Positions 19,022 through 28,901 are shown, counted from the stretch's first letter. The stretch: DNA of 64,000 nt from an uncultured Gemmatimonadales bacterium (GCA_963795085.1 CAWCFX010000004.1:224001-288000), one strand, 5' to 3'. Made by a program: numbers and translations. Notes: generated from the sequence alone by a model not told the origin.

Positions 19022-20284
19022 ATGGCGCTATCCCCGGGCGCTCGCGGCGTCGAGCGGACCTATCTCCTTCTCACCTTGCTCTCCACCGGGGCGTCCTCAC
19101 TTATCTGGGGTATCAACACACTTTTCCTGCTGGATGCCGGGCTCAACAACACGGCCGCCTTTACCGTCAACGCGTTCTTTACCGCGGGGCAGGTCATCTT
19201 CGAAGTGCCGACCGGCGTCCTGGCCGATACGTGGGGCCGCCGCCGGTCCTACCTGCTGGGTGCCGCCACACTCCTGGTCTCGACGCTTCTGTACCTCCTC
19301 ATGTGGCGATTGCGGGCTCCGCTCGCCGGTTGGGCAGTCGCGTCCATCCTGATCGGCCTCGGGTTCACCTTTTTTTCGGGTGCGACCGAGGCCTGGCTGG
19401 TGGACGCTCTCCATTTCACCGGCTATACCGGCAGCCTGGAAAAAGTCTTTGCCCGGGGGCAAATCGTCACCGGCGCCGCCATGCTGGCCGGGTCCGTGGG
19501 GGGAGGTTTTCTCGCCCAGGTCACCAGCCTTGCAGTGCCCTACCTGGTGCGGGCCGGCCTTCTTGGACTCACCCTGGCCGCCGCATTCTTCCTGATGCAC
19601 GACCTGGGATTCTCCCCCTCCCGGAGCCGGGGTACCGGTGTCGAGATCCGCCGGGTGCTTGAGGCTTCTCTCGAGCATGGATGGCGCCGTCCGCCGGTGC
19701 GCTGGATGATGCTGAGCGCTCCATTCACCATGGGCGTCCTGGTCTACGCCTTCTACGCATTGCAGCCGTACCTGCTGGAACTCTACGGCGATCCCAGCGC
19801 TTATGGCATCGCAGGTCTGGCGGCGGCCATTATTGCGGGCACCGGGATCCTGGGCGGGATCCTGGTCCCCCATGTACGCCGGTTGTTTGCCCGGCGCACC
19901 GATGCCCTGGTCACCCTGACCCTGCTGAGCATCGGCAGCCTCGCCGTGCTGGGGCTGCGGCCCGGCTTCTGGGTGGCCCTGGGGATCCTGGTAGTCTGGG
20001 GAATGGCCTTTGCCGCAAGCACCCCGATTCGGCAGGCTTACCTGAACGGGGTCATTCCATCGGCGCAGCGGGCCACTGTCCTCTCGTTCGACAACCTGAT
20101 GGGATCCGCCGGAGGCGTCGTGGCGCAGCCGGGCCTCGGGCGCATCGCGGACTGGCGCGGATACCCCGCGTCCTACCTGGTTGCAGCCGCCATCCAGCTG
20201 GCCGCCATCCCGTTCCTCCTGAGGGCCCGCCGCGCGGATTCCCCCTCCGATCCGATTGAGCCGGAGGTTACCCGGCCCCATTAA
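19022..20284 (+). CDS. MFS transporter
   Basis: FEVPTGVLADTWGRRRS; about 12 TM segments; SAQRATVLS. Confidence 0.9.
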   Translation: MALSPGARGVERTYLLLTLLSTGASSLIWGINTLFLLDAGLNNTAAFTVNAFFTAGQVIFEVPTGVLADTWGRRRSYLLGAATLLVSTLLYLLMWRLRAPLAGWAVASILIGLGFTFFSGATEAWLVDALHFTGYTGSLEKVFARGQIVTGAAMLAGSVGGGFLAQVTSLAVPYLVRAGLLGLTLAAAFFLMHDLGFSPSRSRGTGVEIRRVLEASLEHGWRRPPVRWMMLSAPFTMGVLVYAFYALQPYLLELYGDPSAYGIAGLAAAIIAGTGILGGILVPHVRRLFARRTDALVTLTLLSIGSLAVLGLRPGFWVALGILVVWGMAFAASTPIRQAYLNGVIPSAQRATVLSFDNLMGSAGGVVAQPGLGRIADWRGYPASYLVAAAIQLAAIPFLLRARRADSPSDPIEPEVTRPH

Positions 20285-20293
20285 CTTTCGGCC

Positions 20294-21829
20294 ATGCCGA
20301 CCAATCCGGATCCCATCGCCCTGGAGGAGGACACCTCCTTTCCCGAGCGCCTCCAGGCCGCCATCGCTCTGCTGGAAGCGGTGGTGGCCGACCGCGGCCT
20401 GCTGGCCAGAGTGGCTGCGGAAGACCGCCAGCGGCTGCTCCGCGCCGCGGGGCACGTCTATCATCCCGATCACGTCGCCCGGCGGCGGCTGGTCAAGGAG
20501 ACCGTGCGCCGGCGGAAAGACGCCAAGGCACGGCAGGACGACGGCGCCTTGCACCAGACCGGGATCCGGAGGCTCCGCCGGCAGGATGTCTTCACGACGC
20601 CCAATGTCTATCCTCCCGCCGACTTTCAGCAGGAAGACGTCGAGGAGCCCGGGTTCCGCGAGGCGGTGGAGCCGCAGCACTGCTACATCTGCAAACAGGA
20701 CTATTCCGCGATCCATCATTTCTACGACCAGCTCTGTCCTGCCTGCGCCGAGTTCAACTATGCCAAGCGCGCGGAGCTGGCCGACCTGCGCGGCCGGGTC
20801 GCGCTCCTGACCGGGGGGCGGGTCAAGATCGGATACCAGGCCGGGATCAAGCTGCTGCGGTCCGGTGCCCGGCTCATCGTCACCACCCGCTTTCCCCGCG
20901 ATTCGGCGATGCGCTACGCGGCCGAGCCCGATTTCCAGGAGTGGGGGCACCGGCTCCGGATCTTCGGACTGGATCTCCGGCATACGCCGAGCGTGGAGGC
21001 CTTCTGCCGGGAGATCCTGACCTCGGAGGACCGTCTCGATTTCATCGTTAACAACGCCTGCCAGACCGTGCGGCGGCCGCCGGCGTTCTACCAGCATATG
21101 ATGGAGCGGGAATCCACGGCCCTGGCGGACCTCCCGGAACGGCAGCATGCGCTTCTGGGGACCATCATGGGCTCCCCGGAAGCGCCGATACTGCCCGCCC
21201 TGGTGGACCCGGTTGCCCTGGGGATGACCCATTCGGCCCGGCTGTCTCAGGTGCCGCTGCTCCCGGGGGAAGAGGTGGTCGAGCGCGCGCTCTTTCCCGA
21301 GGGCCGGCTGGACCAGGATCTCCAGCAGGTGGACCTCCGGGGCCGGAACTCCTGGCGACTGCTGATGGACGAGGTCTCCTCTGTGGAACTGCTCGAAGTG
21401 CAGCTGGTCAACGCCATCGCGCCGTTCATCATCAATGCCCGGCTCAAACCGCTCCTGCTCCGGACCCCCGAGCGGGACAAACACATCGTCAACGTCTCCG
21501 CGGTCGAGGGCCAGTTCTACCGCCACCTCAAGACCACGCGGCATCCCCATACCAACATGGCCAAGGCGGCGCTCAACATGATGACCCGCACGTCGGCCAC
21601 CGATTACTACCAGCACGGCATCCACATGAACAGCGTGGATACCGGGTGGGTCACCGACGAGGATCCGGCGGCGATCGCGGCCCGGAAAACGGCGGACCAC
21701 CGCTTCCATCCGCCCCTGGACATCGTGGACGGAGCGGCACGAATTGTGGACCCGATCATCGCGGGGATCAATTCAGGCCGGCACGTATGGGGACAGTTCC
21801 TGAAGGACTATCAGCCCACAGACTGGTAA
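20294..21829 (+). CDS. atypical SDR oxidoreductase with N-terminal extension and CxxC...CxxC motif
   Basis: CYICK...CPAC, ALLTGGRVKIG, VNNA, IVNVSA, HTNMAKAALN, SVDTGWV. Confidence 0.85.
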   Translation: MPTNPDPIALEEDTSFPERLQAAIALLEAVVADRGLLARVAAEDRQRLLRAAGHVYHPDHVARRRLVKETVRRRKDAKARQDDGALHQTGIRRLRRQDVFTTPNVYPPADFQQEDVEEPGFREAVEPQHCYICKQDYSAIHHFYDQLCPACAEFNYAKRAELADLRGRVALLTGGRVKIGYQAGIKLLRSGARLIVTTRFPRDSAMRYAAEPDFQEWGHRLRIFGLDLRHTPSVEAFCREILTSEDRLDFIVNNACQTVRRPPAFYQHMMERESTALADLPERQHALLGTIMGSPEAPILPALVDPVALGMTHSARLSQVPLLPGEEVVERALFPEGRLDQDLQQVDLRGRNSWRLLMDEVSSVELLEVQLVNAIAPFIINARLKPLLLRTPERDKHIVNVSAVEGQFYRHLKTTRHPHTNMAKAALNMMTRTSATDYYQHGIHMNSVDTGWVTDEDPAAIAARKTADHRFHPPLDIVDGAARIVDPIIAGINSGRHVWGQFLKDYQPTDW

Positions 21830-21839
21830 CCCGGGAGGG

Positions 21840-22571
21840 ATGGTGCGGACGATCCTGATTGCGCTCATCACTGGAGTGGCGGGGGCATTGCTGGCGCTGC
21901 TCGGCGGAGACCTGGCGACCCGGGCGCACCGGGTCTCGGATTTCGAGGGCGGCCGGGGCATGCTCCTGGTCTTCGTCATCGTTCCGGCCGGGTTCCTGGT
22001 CGCCGGGGGTCTCGGGTTCCTGGTGGCACGCAAGATGGCCGACCCGGGACTGGCCGGATTTGCCCGGGCCCAGGGCGTAGCACTGTTGGGGGCGGCCCTG
22101 GTGGCGGCCGCCGTGTTCGGGCTCGCCTACCTGAAAGCGCCTCGGGCACCCTCCCTGGACGGCCAGTATCTCAACCTGGAGTTTGAAGTACGGATGCCGG
22201 AAGGCCGAGTGGCACCTGATTCCACCGACGGCTTTACCGTGCTCATGACATCTCGCGGGTCCGGCGACGACCGCCGCAATGCTGACCTTAAAGTGGATTC
22301 CATCTACACCAGCGACGGGCGGGTCGTCATACCAGCTGCCGCTTTCCTGCGAACCACGACAACGCAGCGTTCCCTGGTCGTCAATGACCTGGAAGGGAAG
22401 TACTACTGGTTCGACCTGCCTCTACGGGCCCGGCCCAGGGCCGAAGATGAACAGTGGACGGACTGGTGGCCCGCGCCGGGACAGTCGGCCACAGCCGATA
22501 TCAACGGCAACGGGGGGTTTCAGATACGATACCGCGTTCAACGCATTCCCACTGAGGGAGCGAATCAGTGA
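21840..22571 (+). CDS. hypothetical membrane protein (3 TM plus soluble domain)
   Basis: SD GGAGG; three hydrophobic segments, then a beta-rich C-terminus. Confidence 0.7.
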   Translation: MVRTILIALITGVAGALLALLGGDLATRAHRVSDFEGGRGMLLVFVIVPAGFLVAGGLGFLVARKMADPGLAGFARAQGVALLGAALVAAAVFGLAYLKAPRAPSLDGQYLNLEFEVRMPEGRVAPDSTDGFTVLMTSRGSGDDRRNADLKVDSIYTSDGRVVIPAAAFLRTTTTQRSLVVNDLEGKYYWFDLPLRARPRAEDEQWTDWWPAPGQSATADINGNGGFQIRYRVQRIPTEGANQ

Positions 22572-22957
22572 CCCATCCATTCAAGCCGGGCGGTTATCCC
22601 TCGGTCTCGCCTTACCTGGTCACCCGCGACGCCCGGGGTGTCATCGAGTTCCTCGTCAACGGACTGGACGGCATACCGCTCCGGCGATACGACATGCCCG
22701 ACGGAACCGTCATGCATGCCGAGGTCCGGATTGACGATTCGGTGATCATGCTGGGAGAGGCGGGGGGCGAATGGCCAGCGGTGCTGTCAAACGTCCACGT
22801 GTACGTGCCGGACGTGGATGCGGCCTACCAACGCGCCCTGGCGGCCGGGGGGATCCCGGTGCAGGAGCCGGTCCGAAAAGACGATCCGGATCGCCGTGGC
22901 GGGGTCAAGGACCCGGGAGGCAATACCTGGTGGATCGCAACGCAAGTGGGCGAATAG
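22568..22957 (+). CDS. VOC/glyoxalase (PhnB-like) protein
   Basis: SVSPYL, HAEVRIDDSVIMLGE, YVPDVDA, VKDPGGNTWWI. Confidence 0.9.
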   Translation: MTHPFKPGGYPSVSPYLVTRDARGVIEFLVNGLDGIPLRRYDMPDGTVMHAEVRIDDSVIMLGEAGGEWPAVLSNVHVYVPDVDAAYQRALAAGGIPVQEPVRKDDPDRRGGVKDPGGNTWWIATQVGE

Positions 22958-23031
22958 TATCAAGGGAGGCACCTCGTCCTCCCATTCCATCCGCCCTTAT
23001 TTCGTGTATTCGTGATTTTGTGGACCGACCC

Positions 23032-23646
23032 TTAAAAACCCAGAGTCAGCCCCAGGTTCAGCGCCCAGTTGTGAGTCGTTTGCGTGTTGACATCGATACC
23101 GACCACATCTCCAGGCTCGAACTTGCCAATGTAGTCCTTGGCGAGAATCCGCAGTCCCAGGTTCCGGGCCAGTGGTAAATCCGCGCCGGCGCCGATGTTA
23201 TACGCCAGGTTGGCGGCGCTGAACTGGAGAGGCCCCAAGTCAAAGGAGTACCGCATTCCTCCAATGCCGGCCTGCAGGAACGGCGTGATCTGTTGCGGGG
23301 TGCGCCCCGGGAGGCTCAGTTGAACGCCACCGTCATACATCAACACCGAGCCCTCGCCCACCGAAACCCCTCCCAGGACGGGAATTCCCGCTTCCAGGCC
23401 GGGCCGGGAATATGCGAGGTTGCCGTAGAAGCCGATGTTCGCCGTCACCGGGATACCCAGTTGGGCGCCATAAGCCATACCGGTGCCATTGCTGATCCCG
23501 CTGCCGAGGGGGCCGGATACCAGGTTGCCGAATCCCATGTATCCGGCGTAGGGGGTGATCTGGATGGATTGCCGCGGTTGCTGCGCCTGGAGGGGACCGG
23601 CAAGTACGAGGATGGCCGCCCACCCCGCAAGTTGCATGAGTTTCAT
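23032..23646 (-). CDS. outer-membrane beta-barrel protein (OmpA/OmpW-like)
   Basis: Signal peptide, ITPFLQAGIG, AYNIGAGA, C-terminal Phe (GLTLGF). Confidence 0.8.
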   Translation of the reverse strand: MKLMQLAGWAAILVLAGPLQAQQPRQSIQITPYAGYMGFGNLVSGPLGSGISNGTGMAYGAQLGIPVTANIGFYGNLAYSRPGLEAGIPVLGGVSVGEGSVLMYDGGVQLSLPGRTPQQITPFLQAGIGGMRYSFDLGPLQFSAANLAYNIGAGADLPLARNLGLRILAKDYIGKFEPGDVVGIDVNTQTTHNWALNLGLTLGF

Positions 23647-23699
23647 TGTAGGAGTCCTTACTGAATGTCGTGGCCGGAACTGAGTTTCGGTGATAATGG

Positions 23700-23714
23700 G
23701 CAGACTTGGTGCCA
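23700..23714 (-). promoter_or_regulatory. sigma54 -24/-12 promoter for the beta-barrel gene
   Basis: Minus strand TGGCAC-CAAGT-CTGC (GG-N10-GC), about 55 nt upstream of the ATG. Confidence 0.6.
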
Positions 23715-23835
23715 CGTCGCCCAGTGACCTGGGCGTGTCGTTTGCGGGCGTCAGGCTGTCACCGCCTACTCTGGTTGTCCGCTGGGCGAGACAGTCGGTA
23801 GCCCGGAGAGGTCAAAATTCTTGAGCGGAGGTCCG

Positions 23836-24180
23836 ATGTTGCAGAGAATCGCTTTGCTCGGCTGCGTCCTGGGGGCGCTCGGGCTGGCTACGCCAGCCGC
23901 TGCCCAGGAGAACGACCTCCCCCTGGCGCCGGATAGCTTGGCCCGGGCGGGCAATGCCGTCGTCCTGCTGCTTCCCCCCGCTGGCGGCTACGAGATCAAT
24001 CACCAGGCCGTCCCCCTTCCCGACCTCGGCCAGCAGTTCCGGGCGATCTACGATAACCGGCCCATCAAGGTCCTCCTGGTGGCGTGGGGTGCCGGACGGC
24101 CGATGCGTGAGGTGGACACTGTCGTGCTGCTGGCCCGGGAACAGGGAGTCACGGTGTTCCAGGTTCCCTGGGGGCCGTGA
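23836..24180 (+). CDS. secreted protein resembling the ExbD/TolR periplasmic domain
   Basis: SD GGAGG; signal peptide AAA-Q; GGYEINHQAVPLPDLGQQFRAIY..RPIKVLLV. Confidence 0.6.
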   Translation: MLQRIALLGCVLGALGLATPAAAQENDLPLAPDSLARAGNAVVLLLPPAGGYEINHQAVPLPDLGQQFRAIYDNRPIKVLLVAWGAGRPMREVDTVVLLAREQGVTVFQVPWGP

Positions 24181-24239
24181 CCTGCCGCTAAGGCCCTTCG
24201 GGGGGCCCAGGAGAATCGCTCCGGACGTTCTCGCGAGGG

Positions 24240-27227
24240 TCAGCGGCGGGTGTCGGTGGCCTGGAGGCGGACGAGTTCCCGCCGAATCCGGTCCGCTTCG
24301 GGGCGAAGCGAGGGTTCGGGGTCAGCTCGGAGCGAGAGGTAATGCCGGTATGCCGCGATGGCCCGGCCTCGGTGTCCGGCCAGCGCCGCGAGGCGGCCTT
24401 CTTCCCGAAGCTGGGTAGCGAGGTAGACCTGGTCGGTGTTCCACCATACCGCGCGGCGCCGGGCGGCAATGAACGCTTTCTCGTTTTCGCCCAGGGATTC
24501 AAAAATCAGGGCCGCTACGATGCCGGCCATTGCCGTGCGTCCGCTGTGGGCCGCGCGGTAGTCGGTCGCCGCGAGGAGGGAATCGAGCCGGATGACCTTC
24601 TGCCGGGTATCCGGCCGGCCAAGCAGGTGGGCGTGCATGGCCTCGACGAGGGCGATCTCGGACTGGGATTCTACGGTGGCGCCTCCGCTGGCACGCTCGA
24701 TGGCGCGCAGCCGTTCCAGCACCTGGCGGGTATGGCTGGTGTCACCCTGGGAAAGCCGCCAGGGTTCGAGAATCCGGACGACGGCGCGCTGGCGTTGCCG
24801 GCCCGCATCGTCTCCGGGGAGCGGTAGGCGTTCGATGGGGACGAGCTTGGCCGCCGCCGCCCGGGCGGCCGCCGTGTCTCCGTCGGCCATCATGGCGTCC
24901 CGCACCATGGCAATACGTGCATTGTGGTCGTCGGGCCCTTGCTCCAGGTAGGCCAGCGCGGACCTGGGCCGGCCCCGAAGCAAGGCGACCGTCCGGGCCA
25001 TGCCGTAAAGGTTCTGCCGGTCTTCCGTGCGAGGGGTCTTCAGGATCAGGGCCTGCAACACGTACCAGGCATCCTCTATTCCGGTTCCATCGAACACCGC
25101 GTGATGCATGAACTGGTAGAGCAGCTGGTCCTGCCCAGGGGTCACCGAGTCCCGGAAACCCAATGCGGTGGCCGTATCCCCCTCGTGCCGGGCGCGATAC
25201 CAGCGGTAAGGAACCAGCCAGCCCTGAGTTATGCTGTCGGGCATCGTCGCGGAGACCCGGAGGAGACGGTGCTCCAGGGCGGTATCGCCTTGCTGCACCG
25301 CGAGGAGCAGGATGTGACTGAACGCCACCGCGTTGGTCGAGTCGAGGTCCAGCGAACGCCGGAACGCATCGAGCGAGCTGGGTGGCGGATCGAGGTATCC
25401 CAGGATCGTTCCGAAGTGAAAGATGTCGTCGGCGTACATCTCCCAGGCATCCGACTGGGCGTTGGCGATGCTGCGGTAACGCCGCCGGGCTTCGAACTGC
25501 TCCGCGGTCGAAGCCTGGGCGGGATACCGCCCGCCGGTCAGCGCGTCCAGCAGGGCCCGGTCCTGGACGCTCAGCCGGTCGCGTCCCTCGTAGGCGGTTT
25601 TGAGTCCCCGGTCTGAGGCGGCATTGTCCCCGTACCAGGAGGCGGCGATCCGGAGGCCGAGACCGGCGAGCGCAAATGTGGAGTCGTGGTCGAGGGCCCG
25701 GTTGAAGTCTTTCGCTGCCGCGGCGGCCTGTCCCTGGCGGAGCTTTGCTTTGCCGTCGAGGTATGCCCGCAGGGCGGGGAGCGAGGTACTGGTCAGCCGG
25801 CCCAGCCGCTCTTCACCCTCGCCGGAGACCGTGGCCAGGAGCCGCCCCGCGACCTGGTCCACCAACTGGGCCAGGCTGTCGGGCGGGCCTTCCACGCTGA
25901 GACGGGCGAGCTGCCTGCCCCCGGGGACGCCCAGCAGAGATACGGTCAGGGTCAGGCGCGACGGCGTCCCGACCACGTCTCCCAGCAGCAGCCGGCCGGC
26001 GGAAAGCCGTCCGGCGATTTGCAGCGAGGTCTCCGGCGGAAGGTCCTCCGTGGCAGACCCACCCACCCGTTGCCATTCCGCGAGGAGCACCCGGGGTTCG
26101 GTGGTACGGAGGCCTCCTTCGCCGGTCAGCTTTGCCGACAGGAGATCGAGCATCCCGTCCCGGAGATAGTGCAGGGAGGCATCGGCCGACGCGATGCGGA
26201 AAGGAGCCACCGCCACCAGCCTGTCATCCAGGGAAGTGCCGGGAGTGGACAAAGCGCGCCACGCTCCGTACCCGCCCGCGATCAGCGCCAGACCGGCGAG
26301 AGAACCGATCAGGTAGCGGCGGACCCGCCGGCCGACGGGGGCCCGAGACCGCACCTCGACCGTCGGGTGACTCCCCGACGTCTCTACCCCGTCCAGCGCC
26401 TCCAGCAGGGCCCCGGCGGTAGGGGGACGATCACCCGGGTTTTTGGCCAGGCACCGCATGATCAGGGCCGCCAGCGGCGGGGGTATGGCAGGGAGCCGGT
26501 CCCCGAGGGGCTGAGGTGGTTCCGCCATGTGCGCGGTGAGCAACGCCTGGGGAGACCGGCCATGAAAGGGCGGTGTTCCCGCGACCAGTTCGTAGGCTAC
26601 CACACCAAAGGCATATATGTCCGCGCGGTGGTCGGTGTCCGGGTCGGCGGCGGCCTGCTCGGGAGCCATGTAGGCGGGGGTACCGAGCGAAGTACCCCCC
26701 TGCGTCAGGGTAGTCCCGGACATTACCCTGGAAGTCGACAGGGCCTTGGCAATGCCGAAATCGGTGACCGCCGCGGAGCCACCGGAAATGAGGACGTTCT
26801 CCGGCTTGATATCGCGATGAACGATCCCGAAGCCGTGGGCATGGGCCAGGGCCTTGGCCACGTCCCTCAGGATGCCGAGGGTTTCCGGAAGGGGCAGCCC
26901 GCGAGATCCGTCCAGCCGCTGGCGCAGTGACTGGCCGGCCACGAACGGCATGATGAAATAGGGCAAGCCGTCCACCTCACCGGCGGCGAGGACCGGGACG
27001 ATATGCGGATGCTGGAGCTGGACGGCGAGGAGGATTTCCCGGCGGAACCGCTCGCCGTTGACCCCGGAGGCGAGTTCGGGGGACATCACCTTCACCACAA
27101 CCAGCCGGCCCAGAGACATGTCGCGGGCCAGGAAGACGCGGGACATGCCCCCGCCACCCAACTCCCGCTCGATGGTATAGGCGGCGTTCAGGGTCGCTTG
27201 GAGCTGGCGCTGGAGGGGATCGTTCAC
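24240..27227 (-). CDS. Ser/Thr protein kinase with TM segment, TolB-like and TPR region
   Basis: ELGGGGMSRVF, VVVK, HRDIKPEN, TDFG, GTPAYMAPEQ. Confidence 0.93.
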   Translation of the reverse strand: MNDPLQRQLQATLNAAYTIERELGGGGMSRVFLARDMSLGRLVVVKVMSPELASGVNGERFRREILLAVQLQHPHIVPVLAAGEVDGLPYFIMPFVAGQSLRQRLDGSRGLPLPETLGILRDVAKALAHAHGFGIVHRDIKPENVLISGGSAAVTDFGIAKALSTSRVMSGTTLTQGGTSLGTPAYMAPEQAAADPDTDHRADIYAFGVVAYELVAGTPPFHGRSPQALLTAHMAEPPQPLGDRLPAIPPPLAALIMRCLAKNPGDRPPTAGALLEALDGVETSGSHPTVEVRSRAPVGRRVRRYLIGSLAGLALIAGGYGAWRALSTPGTSLDDRLVAVAPFRIASADASLHYLRDGMLDLLSAKLTGEGGLRTTEPRVLLAEWQRVGGSATEDLPPETSLQIAGRLSAGRLLLGDVVGTPSRLTLTVSLLGVPGGRQLARLSVEGPPDSLAQLVDQVAGRLLATVSGEGEERLGRLTSTSLPALRAYLDGKAKLRQGQAAAAAKDFNRALDHDSTFALAGLGLRIAASWYGDNAASDRGLKTAYEGRDRLSVQDRALLDALTGGRYPAQASTAEQFEARRRYRSIANAQSDAWEMYADDIFHFGTILGYLDPPPSSLDAFRRSLDLDSTNAVAFSHILLLAVQQGDTALEHRLLRVSATMPDSITQGWLVPYRWYRARHEGDTATALGFRDSVTPGQDQLLYQFMHHAVFDGTGIEDAWYVLQALILKTPRTEDRQNLYGMARTVALLRGRPRSALAYLEQGPDDHNARIAMVRDAMMADGDTAAARAAAAKLVPIERLPLPGDDAGRQRQRAVVRILEPWRLSQGDTSHTRQVLERLRAIERASGGATVESQSEIALVEAMHAHLLGRPDTRQKVIRLDSLLAATDYRAAHSGRTAMAGIVAALIFESLGENEKAFIAARRRAVWWNTDQVYLATQLREEGRLAALAGHRGRAIAAYRHYLSLRADPEPSLRPEADRIRRELVRLQATDTRR

Positions 27228-27385
27228 GGCTCAAGCTTTCGGTCCTCGGGAGTGATCACAATATTGCGTCCCAGTGTCCGGTGGAACAGAGTGACCCTGC
27301 ATCGATTCTGTTTTCGTGCCAAGAATCCAACGAATCCAAAGCCAGGTGTCTACCTCAAACTCATTGTGCATCAATAAGTTAGTCT

Positions 27386-27451
27386 TATTTAACTAACTCG
27401 TTAGATATATTGAATCACCGCTATTGAAATATTTAACATGATTGTTAATAT
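27386..27451 (+). promoter_or_regulatory. tandem TATTTAAC-N6-GTTA operators overlapping a sigma70 promoter
   Basis: TATTTAAC-taactc-GTTAGATA (27386-27407) and TATTTAAC-atgatt-GTTAATAT (27430-27451); -35 TTGAAA 27424-29, -10 TAATAT 27446-51. Confidence 0.7.
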
Positions 27452-27456
27452 CCATC

Positions 27457-27780
27457 ATGCCGCTTCCCCGAGTCTTTGCCGCCATCGCCGACCCGGTTCG
27501 CCGGGCAATTCTCGAGCGCCTCAACGCCGGCGGCGCCACCGCGGGGGAAATTGCGGCCCAGTTCGAGGTCTCCTGGCCCGCGATCTCGCGGCATCTTCGC
27601 CTGCTTCGTGAGGCGGGCCTGGTGTGGGAGACCCGCGACGGGCGCACTCGGTTTTACGAGGTGAACCGGGCGGGCGTTTCCGCCGCCTCGGACTGGCTGG
27701 CCCAGTTCAGATCTGCCCCAGGCCGACCCCAAACCGGCAGCCCGATCACCAGCGCGGTAGGAAGGGAGTACTCCTCCTGA
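27457..27780 (+). CDS. ArsR/SmtB family transcriptional regulator
   Basis: FAAIADPVRRAILERL, AGEIAAQF, PAISRHLRLLREAGLV, GRTRFY. Confidence 0.92.
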   Translation: MPLPRVFAAIADPVRRAILERLNAGGATAGEIAAQFEVSWPAISRHLRLLREAGLVWETRDGRTRFYEVNRAGVSAASDWLAQFRSAPGRPQTGSPITSAVGREYSS

Positions 27781-28901
27781 GCGGCCCGGCGGGGGGCCGG
27801 TACGATGTCCTGGTAGCGGGGTTGGGTGCCATGGGAAGCGCCAGCCTCTACCACCTGGCCCGGCGCGGCGCCCAGGTGCTTGGATGTGATCAATACTCTC
27901 CGCCCCACCAGTTGGGGTCGTCCCATGGTCGGAGCCGGATTATCCGGGAAGCCTACTTCGAGCACCCGCTCTATGTGCCCCTGGTGCGGCGGGCCTTCGA
28001 ATCCTGGAAGGACCTTGAGCAGGATAGCGGCCAGCTGATCTACCGCCAGACCGGAGGCCTCATGCTGGGCCGCCCCGACGGCCCCCTGGTTTCGGGATCG
28101 CTCGACAGCGCGATCACGCACGGGATCGACCACGAGGTCCTTGCCCCAGAGGAAGTCCGCCGCCGGTTTCCAGGGTTCACCCCGCCGGAGGATTTCGTGG
28201 GCGTCTGGGAAGAGCGCGCCGGGATTCTTCGTCCCGAGGTCGCCATCGAGGCCCACCTCCGGGGGGCGCTCCGGGCCGGGGGTACGATTCTCCGGGAGAC
28301 CGAGGTGCTGACCTGGGAAGCCGGGGAAGGGGGTGTACGGGTGGAGACCCGGGGTGGGACCATTCATGCCGGTACTCTGGTGCTGGCTGCGGGGCCGTGG
28401 ATCGGCTCCCTGCTGCCGGGACGCCGATGGTTTACCGTGGAGCGCCAGGTGTTCCACTGGTTTGCGTCCCCCCAGGACGCGAGCCGATGGCCGGTTGCGC
28501 TCTGGGAGCACCGGCTGGGAGGGCTGTTCGTCACCCTGCCGGAGGCGGGGCACCGGCTCAAGGCCGACATACACCACGAGGGTGAGGTGGTGTCTCCGGA
28601 CACGGTGGACCGGGAGCCGTCGCCTGCTGATCTGGGGAAGATCCGGGCCCTGCTTGGGCGTCACCAGCCGGGAGGCAACGGGCGGCTGCTGGAAGCCTCG
28701 GTGTGCCTGTACACCAACTCCGCCGACGGCCACTTTATCTTCGACTGGCACCCGGAGCACCGCAACGTGCTGATCGTGAGCCCCTGTTCGGGTCATGGCT
28801 TCAAGTTCGCCAGCGTCATTGGTGAGATCGTAGCTGATCTCGTCATCACGGGGCGCGCCGCCTTCGATTTGTCACCCTTCTCGGCGGGCAGGTTCAGATG
28901 A
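27777..28901 (+). CDS. solA: N-methyl-L-tryptophan/sarcosine oxidase family flavoprotein
   Basis: YDVLVAGLGAMGS, GSSHGRSRIIR, covalent-FAD Cys in VCLYT, SGHGFKF; start uncertain (CTG at 27777 proposed). Confidence 0.88.
   Translation: MSGPAGGRYDVLVAGLGAMGSASLYHLARRGAQVLGCDQYSPPHQLGSSHGRSRIIREAYFEHPLYVPLVRRAFESWKDLEQDSGQLIYRQTGGLMLGRPDGPLVSGSLDSAITHGIDHEVLAPEEVRRRFPGFTPPEDFVGVWEERAGILRPEVAIEAHLRGALRAGGTILRETEVLTWEAGEGGVRVETRGGTIHAGTLVLAAGPWIGSLLPGRRWFTVERQVFHWFASPQDASRWPVALWEHRLGGLFVTLPEAGHRLKADIHHEGEVVSPDTVDREPSPADLGKIRALLGRHQPGGNGRLLEASVCLYTNSADGHFIFDWHPEHRNVLIVSPCSGHGFKFASVIGEIVADLVITGRAAFDLSPFSAGRFR

Noticed and set aside
27305..27322. Minus-strand TTGGCACG as a sigma54 -24 box for the kinase
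   Set aside because: No GC at the -12 position.
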